A stretch of 62,146 bases of DNA, the filler included. It is 10 parts of 10 records of this genome, joined end to end, with 100 filler letters (N's around TTAATTAATTAA, not from the genome) between each part and the next. Parts side by side here need not be neighbours in the genome. Positions count along the whole stretch, not along the records: positions 4,162 to 12,330 come from SRR15195285_1685; positions 12,431 to 20,919 come from SRR15195285_1689; 8 more parts are not named here. One strand, written 5' to 3'. A program made the translations under genes and the position numbers. Positions 7,901 to 17,040 of this stretch are shown here, piece after piece. Every line of letters starts with the position of its first letter. Positions within the stretch are counted from its first letter, which is position 1. The notes below the pieces were generated by a model that had not been told where the DNA came from, did not search any database, and saw only the letters and a list, made by a program, of their open reading frames with translations.

Positions 7901-10672
7901 TTTGCGAAAACGCAGAGACCGCCCACAACGTACGAGCATGTCTATCGACAGCCTCAAAAACCCCGGTGGTGGGATGTTCAAGTCTATGTCGACGCACTAG
8001 GCAAGCTTGGCCAGCATAAGCACCTAAACTTCTTTCGACTGGATCAGACATTTTCCATAGACTCGAGCAAGGAACAGCGCAACAATCCGCTGCTCCCGAC
8101 ACTGGTGACGAGCATCCTCGAGTCTGAACGAGTGAAAAACGGGGTTAAGCTTCCGCTGGCCATTCGGTTGAACGACAAGAACGGCGTACAGAAGCTGTGC
8201 GTGTCCGAAGGCATCGCTTTAAGATCAGACTTAGCTCAAGAGGTCACGATGGACTCAAGGATGCTGATCTACGCTGCTTACCATGACCAAGGAAAGGCCG
8301 TTGGTGCGCTCCTCGACGCTGGCTTTGACCAGTCGGCGCTTGATGCGCTGATTGCTCTAGAGATTCAGCGAGCCCTTGACATGCCCAGGTTGGTCAAGGA
8401 GGATGAGCCGCCATCTTGGTGGGCGAGACAGCAAATTGCAGCAGGGCTAGATGCCGCTCGCGTGGAGTCACGCTGGAAGAAGGTGGACTCACACTCCAGG
8501 CCAGGGCAAGCAGGAAAAGAGGATATCTACCGGTCTCTAACATGGGATATGATGCCTTCTCTCCCCGGCTGGACGTTCAAGGTCACATTCGTCGCTCCCA
8601 ACGTCCTTGCGAGCCAAGACATGGAGGAGGATGGAGCTGAGAGTCATCCCCCGCCGTATCAGCAAGGGATGATACTGCGGCAAACGAGCTGCCGCATCAA
8701 GGACTACCACTGGCGTGGGAATGATGTTGTGTACGAACGGGATTTCTTGATACTGTCACCAGATGAGCTCAGCGGCCAAAAATTCAAGGCGACGGACGAC
8801 AGCGTGGCAAACGAGGTGGACAGTGACGGCTTCAGCTGTTCTTTTCAACAGGGTGGATACGACTGGCGTGCGACCATTGTTCCACTTTGGAAAGACAATC
8901 TGACTGCTTGGCTTCCACTCGATTCCGAGTGCAAATTTCGCTTTTCTGCTCGACTGGATGGTCGCCTAGAGAAGCAGCTTGTGACTGAGTCGTTGTTTCA
9001 CTGGCTGCGTGACGACTCTGTTGAACACAACCGTCCGCAGAAGGAATGGAAACCCGGCGAATGGGAGTGTGACGAGTCATGTCCGCACCCCAATTTTGAA
9101 ATGCATGAGTTGCATCGGCTCTTCTGGGCCATTAGGAGCAATCGCCCAAAGCTTGCCGAGGTGCTCATGCACCGATGTCACCGCCCAATTGTTGCTGGTC
9201 TGTTCGCCGCGTATGTATACAAGAAGCAGGCCTTGCCTCGCAATTTCGTCCCAGACACTCAGTTCAAAGAGCGTCACATGCCGCATAATATGCGGCGCTC
9301 ATGCGAGCTGTACGCGTGTGACATCCTCGACAATGCCGACTTCCAGGGTTCTTACGCTGCGTTTGATGAGTTCGTTTATTGGGGAAAGGATGAAGAGGAC
9401 GACGAGCTGTTCAAACGGTTCAAATCGCTGCGGAAGGATCGCCGAGACAACGCCAATATTCGGGCTGCGTTGAAGCTCATGCATCAGGACGCTAACACTG
9501 AACCAACCAACATTGATCTCGCGCTGATGGCGAACTCCAAAGTTTTCATGGGCCAGCCAGGTGTGACGCAGTTTCTCACCAAGCTGTGGAGACTGCCCTC
9601 AAACAACGGGAAGTACACAGACGCGCTGTTCTCGCGCTTTTCCGCTCCGCGCGTCAAGTGCTACGTGTCCATCATCGGCTACCTGATCTTCCTCGGGATC
9701 TACGTGTCCTTCGTGCTATCAATGCCCTCGAAATCTGTAGAATTGTCGCTTACTTTCAACGAGGGTGTCTTCTGGTTCTGGGAGCTGGCCTCCGCGATGT
9801 CGGAGATCGGTGAGGCCTTTGGAGATTTCGACTCGTTTCATGGCTACCTGCGGGGGTCAGGCAACAAGCTAGATTTCCTGATCATGGTCATGTTTGGTTT
9901 GGCGTTTGGCGCACGACTGTGGTTGGCGGGCGCAACAGAGAACGTAGTTCCCATGACTGTGATGCTCGGGATCCTCTGTTTGAACCTCATCCTGTGCTTC
10001 ATCCGCTTGTTGATGATGCTGTCGATCAAGAAATCTATTGGGGTGATGATGATCATCACGAAGCTCATCATTAGCAGAGACGTGTTTCCCTTCCTCTGCT
10101 TTGCAACAATCATCATAGGCGCGTTTGAATTCGCTGCCTTCTACTTTTCCTGGTTGCGAGATGTCGAACACGTTGGTGGGTTCTTTTTCGACATGTTCAC
10201 GTCGTTGGGTGACTTCCAGCAGCTAAAAGTCGATTCCTACGACCTACCGTGGTGGGACAGGGAGCAAACAGGCTGGGCGATGTCCTCAGTATTCTTCGAG
10301 TTCATCTTTTTCGTGATCACTATGGTCATTCTGATGAACCTCCTTATTGCGATGATGACAGACACGTACTCATCCATTGCCAAGCAGGCCAACGCTACCT
10401 ACCAGATGGGGTTCGCGCGGCTTGTGAACGAGTACTACGAAGCTTGTGTCTTCCCTGTTCCCCTGAGCATCATTGAGAGAGCAGTGGACGCCTACATGGG
10501 CGACACAGAAGTGTCCACGATGGCCACAACTGGCATGCATTGGGGCAGGCACTACACGTGGCCCGCCTCGCAGCTGCAGTTTCGGCTGGATATGGCGCGC
10601 AGGAAGGTGCAGACCAAGAGAGAGACTGCAAAGGTGCTCAAAAAGGTTAAAGGAAAAGCCAACAAGATGTAG
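4958..10672 (+). CDS. TRPM-like cation channel (about 1900 aa, apparently intronless) with SLOG/MHR1-2 domain, nested NUDT9-like Nudix domain and cadherin-like module; start at ATG 4958 or 5030
   Basis: SLOG: ILGVTGNA, AWVITGGTDSGVMRLVG, VGVASWGVI, LNPNHSHYICVD, VPVVTVAYGGG, IVVIQGSERAA. NUDT9-like: GRGFLGRWGPNQAIDTIVTRR, WAIPG, YRGYSDDPRNTDEAWVET, LFASH. MHR4: LFWAIRSNRPKLA, IDLALMANSKVF..Q.LTKLW. FSAPRVK precedes S1, then 6 TM helices, S6 LMNLLIAMMTDTY. Confidence 0.92.
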   Translation: MDPNVRGGRDAPDARRRTASSASAMADVLSAPESVPPPQPATTVPAHPKAQASPPAPLPAALAQSRALDEASQHSGVASGAVPGRPRLMFNTAADDSAIKVSASSSDEEQEDQDGIAASESESDADCPPEPEPEPVRSAVNRVLPPRDRIASTIPARQMSLDFSEAVRASEKAPLLMASDTQNYELEGGDHIIKKRSWRIEHGSVAFTDLESNPREVLDFSSAASFEHAQQGKFLRIAGDETLAKPFTALKQLEERQERVEQLLEIVRIFEQEWGMSMPPMILGVTGNAAPFQLRPQYGDIFDKALLKATQATNAWVITGGTDSGVMRLVGNAMKTASTPVVGVASWGVIKGRGKLARPSTAKLAERITTKIKSKRILQADERPKDIGTEKVVLDNFRVSNAARWADPDECPSHVGKRICFLRDRGRASTLEQLELIDPDTRRPDIKRQYPEFSTGRLGRGFLGRWGPNQAIDTIVTRRVEQDVGSDGGATLQLQVRLTYREEDDMWAIPGKFTTNEQLKCLSSLPTGSRLFGQSDGGHENHGADDVVRYAVREVFELEAVSDGKAHDYKDVFEEVFKRSEQTLIYRGYSDDPRNTDEAWVETSVWHVHAPQELGHQLDHDDRHGVKWMNMKVTGSRLEFYDDEGESVELFASHAEFLEMAVFGHIQGSPDMPFAYDGKPSLEPGNKTEMVNLNPNHSHYICVDTGQDGQFGKEVAIRSELETFISIYDYDHLRNVAVAELTEHFTRTVDMAQIIVDGERVESGVTSGEIRLDAVETEIKIERIASDGDTRRTYTVNVSKTKQQAPARKENSAARDRALSNFHAVANFAAPGFKLNRSQDAGSTIFTPDGSDIASVDVSEGFLSPDFDPDVFEYRLEIAPTAEVIKVTPYLTSGRKQPVQVTVPVVTVAYGGGAVTLRTLEAISEDSAIVVIQGSERAAQFLEDWIAHEAEKDEIDQKDLKQREQIDKRQKDHAEKSIRSDFAKTQRPPTTYEHVYRQPQKPRWWDVQVYVDALGKLGQHKHLNFFRLDQTFSIDSSKEQRNNPLLPTLVTSILESERVKNGVKLPLAIRLNDKNGVQKLCVSEGIALRSDLAQEVTMDSRMLIYAAYHDQGKAVGALLDAGFDQSALDALIALEIQRALDMPRLVKEDEPPSWWARQQIAAGLDAARVESRWKKVDSHSRPGQAGKEDIYRSLTWDMMPSLPGWTFKVTFVAPNVLASQDMEEDGAESHPPPYQQGMILRQTSCRIKDYHWRGNDVVYERDFLILSPDELSGQKFKATDDSVANEVDSDGFSCSFQQGGYDWRATIVPLWKDNLTAWLPLDSECKFRFSARLDGRLEKQLVTESLFHWLRDDSVEHNRPQKEWKPGEWECDESCPHPNFEMHELHRLFWAIRSNRPKLAEVLMHRCHRPIVAGLFAAYVYKKQALPRNFVPDTQFKERHMPHNMRRSCELYACDILDNADFQGSYAAFDEFVYWGKDEEDDELFKRFKSLRKDRRDNANIRAALKLMHQDANTEPTNIDLALMANSKVFMGQPGVTQFLTKLWRLPSNNGKYTDALFSRFSAPRVKCYVSIIGYLIFLGIYVSFVLSMPSKSVELSLTFNEGVFWFWELASAMSEIGEAFGDFDSFHGYLRGSGNKLDFLIMVMFGLAFGARLWLAGATENVVPMTVMLGILCLNLILCFIRLLMMLSIKKSIGVMMIITKLIISRDVFPFLCFATIIIGAFEFAAFYFSWLRDVEHVGGFFFDMFTSLGDFQQLKVDSYDLPWWDREQTGWAMSSVFFEFIFFVITMVILMNLLIAMMTDTYSSIAKQANATYQMGFARLVNEYYEACVFPVPLSIIERAVDAYMGDTEVSTMATTGMHWGRHYTWPASQLQFRLDMARRKVQTKRETAKVLKKVKGKANKM

Positions 10673-11079
10673 ATTGCATCACAATGAGCTGGAAGTCGTC
10701 TCGAATGTAATTGTATCATCCGTTGGCCACGTGCGCACACATTCGCTGCGTTTATCCATCCGCATCCTGAGCTGAAGGAGCATCTTGGCGCGCGAGACGT
10801 CCATCGCGCGCGAGAAATCGCGATCTCGGACCTTGTGCGGTGAACTGCTCCGATGGGGAAGCCTTAGCACAGATGGCAGACCGGCGCACGACCCAGTATG
10901 GCCAAAGCTGCACAAGCTCGTGTTGGCGAGAGCGCAAGATTGCAGTTCAATGTGGGTCAGCGGAGCCTGCTGCCTCGTTTGTTCCTGGCTGAATGTCGTC
11001 GCGGCACATTGAGTATCGAGCACTGCGGCTCGGGAACGCCATTCGTATAGCTCAGACGGTTACATCCCAACCCACTGGC

Positions 11080-11529
11080 TCATTCAGCGTCTATGTCGTC
11101 GTCGCTGTCACCATCATCTTGCTTCGTGAGCGGATTGTCCACACTGAGGGACGATCGACTAGGGGACGTTCGCCCCGGGCTGCTATGGAGTGAGGATAAG
11201 AGTCCGGGTCTTAAATCGATGTAGATGTACACTATGGCGATGGCAACAGCAAGCACGACGACAACGGATGCGCCTATTGCAACATCTTCACCGCCGCTGT
11301 CATCGGGCGCAGCAGCCACCTCGCACCCGGGCGGGCATGGACCGGCTGCGTCATTAGGTGGGCATCGCTCACCGCCGTCGCCAAATGTACCAAGCCCAGC
11401 ACACCATGCAGTGGACGCCATCCATGCTTCATTTGCCAGGGTGAGCAGCACAAATGCTGCGGCGCACGGATTCCGAGCAGCCCTAGATGCTCGTCCGTCT
11501 GTGCCACAGCGCCCACCCCGCAGAGGCAT
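11080..11529 (-). CDS. Small putative single-pass membrane protein (hypothetical)
   Basis: Hydrophobic segment AAAFVLLTLA, Cys/Pro-rich stretch, TM-like VAIGASVVVVLAVAIAIVYIYI, acidic tail; no family recognised. Confidence 0.4.
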   Translation of the reverse strand: MPLRGGRCGTDGRASRAARNPCAAAFVLLTLANEAWMASTAWCAGLGTFGDGGERCPPNDAAGPCPPGCEVAAAPDDSGGEDVAIGASVVVVLAVAIAIVYIYIDLRPGLLSSLHSSPGRTSPSRSSLSVDNPLTKQDDGDSDDDIDAE

Positions 11530-11675
11530 GCTGTGCGGCGGCGGCACGCGTGTCAAAGACACGCGCTGGCTCAGTGTTTGGTTCCTGCCACCAAGTCATT
11601 CATTCGAGTCATGGCTGCCACAGTGCACTGGTAGTGTACACCAAGGAGTCACTATGGGTCCGCATAATGAATGAT

Positions 11676-12262
11676 TAGGACTATAGTAGTTAGTACACTA
11701 TTTTACGACTACTAGCTAGTACATGTATTCATAGCAATGATCCTGCCATTGTACTATAGGCACTATAATACTATCAGATCGGAGTACAGCTGTAGTTCTC
11801 TGAGTACAGCTGCATGTATGAAGACGGCAATTCTGAAAGTGCTATCGATGCGTAATGGCTAATGCTAGCTAGCCGGTAGCTACCATTTATGAATAGTAGA
11901 GAATTCGAATCGTAGCTAGCTAGCTACAGCTGTAGTACTGTACGGCGTACTAGTACAGTACTCTAAACTACTCTAGCTAGTACTACCTTAGGTAGTAGTA
12001 CTATTGATAGTACTATAGTATGGTAGTCTGAGTACGTGCTGGTCACATGAATGCACAACCGTACTTGAGTGCAGTACCGGTAATAGTACAATACGATTCC
12101 AACACATGTACTACTACCCAGGTAGCTATTGCTAGCTAGTACAATGCTCAGGTTAGAGTACTACCAGTACTACTGTACTACATACCGTACTAGTATACGG
12201 TAGGGTCCTACTAGTACTCTCATAATTGGTGATGCCTACGGTACCATTAACACCGGTGTTAA
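11676..12262. other. TpA-rich non-coding tract (dense in CTAG/GTAC/AGCT/TAGTA)
   Basis: Abrupt fall in GC, stops in all frames, no ORF in the track; ends in the perfect palindrome TTAACACCGGTGTTAA (12247-12262). Confidence 0.8.
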
Positions 12263-12330
12263 GTTAAAGGGTATCGCTTGGCGCTTGGGATAAGATTATA
12301 GGACGGAGAGTTGGGACAGGCATTGGAATT

Positions 12331-12430
12331 NNNNNNNNNNNNNNNNNNNNNNNNNNNNNNNNNNNNNNNNNNNNTTAATTAATTAANNNNNNNNNNNNNN
12401 NNNNNNNNNNNNNNNNNNNNNNNNNNNNNN
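12331..12430. other. Artificial contig spacer
   Basis: N44-TTAATTAATTAA-N44. Confidence 0.97.
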
Positions 12431-12464
12431 AGAGAGAGAGAGAGAGAGAGAGAGAGTGAGTGAG
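12431..12464. repeat. (AG)n microsatellite at contig edge
   Basis: agagag... x13 then tgagtgag. Confidence 0.9.
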
Positions 12465-13102
12465 TATACGGTGGGTGATTGCCAAGTTTTCTACTGCTCA
12501 TGGCCAACATCTTGACAGCGATCGATCGATCGACTCAGTTTCAGCAAGGTTCTTGGAGCGTAGTGAGCAGTTTGGCAATGGCTCCTCCGGCACTGGGGCG
12601 CAAAGGCTGAAGCGGCAAGGGCGTCAGTGGTCTATATAGCAGCTCCTACGTACTTTCCGACGTTGCCGGTCGCGCCGAGGAGGAGCAGCCTGAGCTCCGG
12701 CCGCTCTGCATTCTCTCGCATCGCATCCAGTGCAGCCCCCGTCTCCACATCCGACAGCATCCCCACTCGAGCGTACCCCGCCGACGCTTCGAGAGTCGCC
12801 GGAGTACAGGGTCAGGGTACACCCTGAGCTACACGCCGCGCGCGTCCTCCTGTATTAGCTCCTTACTAGCATTTAGCTAGTACGACACAGGGAACCAGCA
12901 CAAAACAGGGGCGCCGCACGCGGTGGCGGATGTGTATATGCACCTGCCTGCGGGGTAGATCTAGCCTGCCTGCACGCGTGCGCGCCGCGTGCGTGCTCGC
13001 GCCGGCGCGGCCGCGCGCGTACGACGTACTAGAGTACACTGTACAATGTATGATGCACTGTACACTGTACCTGGTACTGGCATCAGTAGCACAGAGAGAT
13101 CG

Positions 13103-15514
13103 ATGCTCGTGCTCACGGCAGCGGCGCTGCTTGGCTCAGCAGCTTCGGGCTCCTCTGCTGCCGCACGCAGCAAGCCCCACATCCTGCACGTCATCGTGGA
13201 TGATTTTGGCTGGGCCAATACGAATTACCACCGGGTGCGTCCATCGTGCATGGTCTCGCAGCCCAGCACCCACTTCGTCCGCCCGGCGAGCGAGGCGAAC
13301 CACCGCATTCGTTTTCCCCAGCTGTTTGGAGGACGCTACATAATCGATGTTGTTTGTTGTTCGTGTGCGCATCGACCTAATCATGTAGGCGGAGCCGACG
13401 CCGGAAGTGGTGACGCCACGCATGGACGCGCTTGTGAACGAGGGAGTCATGCTGATGCGGCACTACGTCCACCCCGAATGCACGCCGACACGCGTCAGCT
13501 TTCAGACCGGCCGCATCCCAATGCACAGCGGCCAAGGCGGGCTCTGCAGCCCCGGCGACGAGTCGTGTGGTGCGCCGTACGACATGGGCACCATCGCCGA
13601 GAAGATGGTCGAGGGCGGCATGCAGGCGCACTTCGTGGGCAAGTGGGATGTTGGCATGGCAACACCGACGCACGTGCCACACGGCCGTGGCTACAACACG
13701 TCGCTCAACTACTTCGGGCATGGCAACTACCAGTGGGGGATGGTGGAGTGGGGAGCAGACAGGGCGAGCCGCTTGAGCGGCCACACTCCATCCGCAGACG
13801 GCGAGTTGATCAGAGATCTGTACGACACAAACCGTCCGGCTGCAGCGCAGGCGAATCGCTCGCGGGACGAGGGGATATATGAGGAGATGATCTTCCGCGA
13901 ACGGCTCTACTCCATCGTTATGCATCACGAACCGACGGTTCCGCTCTTCCTAACTTATTGCGCACGCATCGCGCACTACCCGATCCAGGCACCCGCGGAG
14001 TACCAGCACCGCCCACACATTGCGAAGATAGACGTTCCACACCGGCTTGTATATCATGCGCAAGTCGAGTTCCTTGACGAGCAGCTTGGGAATCTCACAG
14101 ACATGTTTAAAGTCCGTGGTATGTGGGACAATACTCTGATGGTCCTGAGTAGTGATAACGGAGGCTACACTAAAAGCCTAGGGCCGTGCACCGACGGTAG
14201 CGACCCAGTGCGTGGCATCACATGCATGTCTGGTGAAGCTGGGGCGAACAATCACCCAATGCGCGGTGGAAAGTACAGCTTGTTCGAAGGTGGCATTCGC
14301 GCGAATTCTTTCGTCAGCGGGGGCTACCTGCCACAGGCTGTGCGCGGCACTGTGCTCCACGGTCTGCTTCACATATCGGACTGTGCGCTCATTCGCCATA
14401 GCCTGAAGAGTCGACTGGTATTATTCTGGGGTGTGATATGTCTTCTGAGGATTACTGGTATGCTACGCTTGCAGGGTGGGCGACCTACTGCAGCCTTCTC
14501 GGCGTGGATCCAACTGACACGAAGGCCACGAAGGCGTCGCGGTCTGTTCCACCAATCTCATCCCTCAACATGTGGCCGATGATCTCAGGTGAGAATTTGA
14601 CGTCTCCTCGTCAGGAGCTCTTCGTAACGGGTGACCTGCTGATACAAGGAGACTGGAAGCTAATTACTGGACGAGCGTCGTCGGCGTCGTGGCCTGGACC
14701 AACCTATCCAAACGCGACCTCGGTCAACAATACCCTCGACCGGTACACTGCAGATTGCTCCGCTGGGCCAGACTGGGCCCAAAATATTGCAGAAAGACTG
14801 GATGGCAGACCTGGCGCAGCAGGGCCATGTCTCTACAATGTCGGAAACTCAGGGCTCGGAGATTGGACTGAGCACCAAAATTTGGCGGCGGAGTACCCGG
14901 ATATCGTCAAAAAGATGATGGCGCGACTGGTTGAGCTTCGCCCAAGCATTTGGAGCAATCCGAATGGTTCAGTGGCTTACGACAAAGCGTGTCTCAACAC
15001 TAACTATGTCTGGTGGACTCTGTCTGGTGGATTTTGTAAGTAGAGCCGATATTGACCAACAGTGCTAATACTAGTCCTGCACATGATATAAATGCTGTGC
15101 ACCGTTGTCGTGTGGGCAGATGGACCATGGTGTGAAGTAGGGCCAGGGCCGACTCCACCCACACGGCCAGGGAATTTCACACCGACACCACTCTCAAATT
15201 GCACCTACATACCGGGAACATGGATCAACCCAGCGTCACAAGAGTATGTACAAGGTGTGGGCACCAAAGAGGCCTGCTGCAAGGCCTGTGGGCTCAGTTC
15301 GACTTGCGTCGCGGCCGTTCTAAAGTGTCCACTGCCACGTGGACCGTGCAAATGCAACTTGAAGCAGTGGAACGCCGAGAACTCCTTGCGGAGGGACGGG
15401 GGGGAGCATACACACACTGACATGGCGTGCTTGACTGGTCGGCAACACATTCCCGGTCCAGGACCGGACGATGTCGTTGATAACGAGGAAGCCTTGCTCA
15501 ACTGGTGGCCATGA
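13103..15514 (+). CDS. Secreted arylsulfatase (ARSB-like, S1 family) with C-terminal PAN/Apple-like module; 4 exons (13103-13234, 13389-14382, 14475-15035, 15120-15514)
   Basis: Signal peptide, KPHILHVIVDDFGW, formylglycine motif CTPTRVSFQTGR, VGKWDVG, SSDNGG, NHPMRGGKYSLFEGGIR, spliced HISDWWAT and GGFYGPWC; Pro linker, then CCKAC...CVA..C.LK. Confidence 0.92.
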
Positions 15515-16084
15515 ACCTAGCAACAAACAGAGTGATGGAGTCGGCTTGGTATATTATGCTTGCTGCATCTCGTGCTACAACCTACAATACAAGAAGCGTG
15601 TACGTGACGTCAAGCTGCTCGCATTGTCTGTCACCGGCGGCATGTGTCTCTCACGTGCACCCTGAAAATTACTGTAAAATGATATCAAGTACATGAGCAC
15701 TCATACAATGATTTCAGTCCATTTTTCCATGGCCATGAAGGTTCAGTCAGTATCTCACACGATGGCAGACGTGCTATTATGCCACCCACAGCACGCAAAT
15801 CTCACCTTACTAGTCCCTTCCTACAGCCCAAGCTCCACCTTAGTTAGTAACTGTCGGTACTTGATAACTCGGAGTACCTGATACAATTGAATTTTTCAAT
15901 TCCAAGCAGCAGGATCCTACGGTACTTTTTAAAATTGAAAAATAACTACGGTAGAGCGCGCCAGCGGCCGCGGGGGCGCGGACGGCGTGGAATGTGACGA
16001 CGGCAGGCTCCGGACCGTGAAACTTTTTTCCGGCACGCGCGCGTGACAGTCGATGGCACTCCAAAGAAAGCAATTCACGTGATT

Positions 16085-16849
16085 TCATTCAAGAATCACG
16101 TCAGCATGCTGCACTGGGTTCGTCAAGATGGAGTCTTCGAAAGCGGCGTAACAAAGGTTCATCTTGAAGCGAGCTAGCAAGTCAGCCTGCCGGAAGAAAA
16201 ACGGAGACGGCAGCGGGTGCTCGTTGGTGCCGCCACGTAGACCCTGCAACGTATATCCCCTCATGGTTACGTCGGGCCAGTCAGTAATGGTTACAGCCGG
16301 CGTCCGGTAGGTATCATGCTTGCTTGGGTCTGGGTTGGCCGTAGCGTTGATGAGCTGTGCAGCTGTGACAGTGGCGAAGAACACGGCGGAGCTGGTCGAG
16401 CCAAGACCTACCACGCCCGTTGCAGAGGTATCCAGCACGTAACCCTCGGGCTGATCGTTAAGGCTGATCAGCCTTGCACTGAGATTGCGTTCAGACGCGA
16501 GCTGTTCAAGGGTTGGTGTGACCTCAGGGTCACCGAATGCCAGGAACGAGGCCTTCGGCATAGGTGTGTTTGTTGCCAAGTCGATAATCGAAATGTTAAT
16601 GTGCAACGACTGCGACAGCTCCGACTGCAGCCGGGTCGCGGCATACGCGTCGCTCGCCACGCTCCCATTCACCACAATCACCCAGCTGCGCCCGTCGATG
16701 CGAAAGAAAGTCCCCTTGTCGTGGCACCGCTGCGGTGGCGGGAGCAGTCGCGACACGGCTAGAGGCACTGCCATGTTGAGGGGTTTGCCATGGCTGAATA
16801 GGATGTGACAAAGCGCAAGCAGCAGCCTTGCTCGTAACGCAACTGCCAT
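16085..16849 (-). CDS. Secreted GH20-like (beta-hexosaminidase domain 2 plus start of TIM barrel), apparently C-terminally truncated
   Basis: Signal peptide from ATG 16849; LLPPPQ, PEGYVL, VFFATVTAAQL, ITDWPDVTMRG, LLARFKMN; stop about 25 aa later. Confidence 0.7.
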   Translation of the reverse strand: MAVALRARLLLALCHILFSHGKPLNMAVPLAVSRLLPPPQRCHDKGTFFRIDGRSWVIVVNGSVASDAYAATRLQSELSQSLHINISIIDLATNTPMPKASFLAFGDPEVTPTLEQLASERNLSARLISLNDQPEGYVLDTSATGVVGLGSTSSAVFFATVTAAQLINATANPDPSKHDTYRTPAVTITDWPDVTMRGYTLQGLRGGTNEHPLPSPFFFRQADLLARFKMNLCYAAFEDSILTNPVQHADVILE

Positions 16850-17040
16850 GCGTAGACCGTCGGTTCTATCTTGAGCCTCTGCAGAGCGCAACAGTGACAA
16901 ACCCCTGCGCGCTCTGATGGTATACATGTATATATAGTAATACAGCGCGGCGTACGCGCGCGCCTCGAGGGCCGGCGCGCGCGTGCATGGGATTGATCGC
17001 CGGCGCGGACTCGCCTCGAGCGGCAACGAACGTGGTGAAG
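16850..17040. promoter_or_regulatory. Putative bidirectional promoter between the GH20-like and PhyH genes
   Basis: About 190 bp between divergent ATGs, containing tatacatgtatatatagta next to gcgcgcgc tracts. Confidence 0.5.

Noticed and set aside
4958-10672. Lack of introns in the TRPM-like gene as evidence of retroposition or HGT
   Set aside because: Other genes here (voltage-gated channel, FANCA-like) also have 2-3.6 kb exons, and base composition looks ordinary
10679-11023. 114-aa minus-strand ORF convergent with the TRPM-like gene
   Set aside because: No motif and no clear start or splice link; may be UTR
12640-12760. Minus-strand LLLGATGNVGK resembling a Rossmann NAD(P)-binding motif
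   Set aside because: The frame closes a few codons later and I could not find a convincing spliced continuation before the contig end
14383-14474. Sulfatase intron 2 whose 3' end translates as DYWYATLAG, like the adjacent exon consensus (possible intron birth by duplication)
   Set aside because: Nucleotide similarity to the exon is weak and there is no usable alternative acceptor; probably chance
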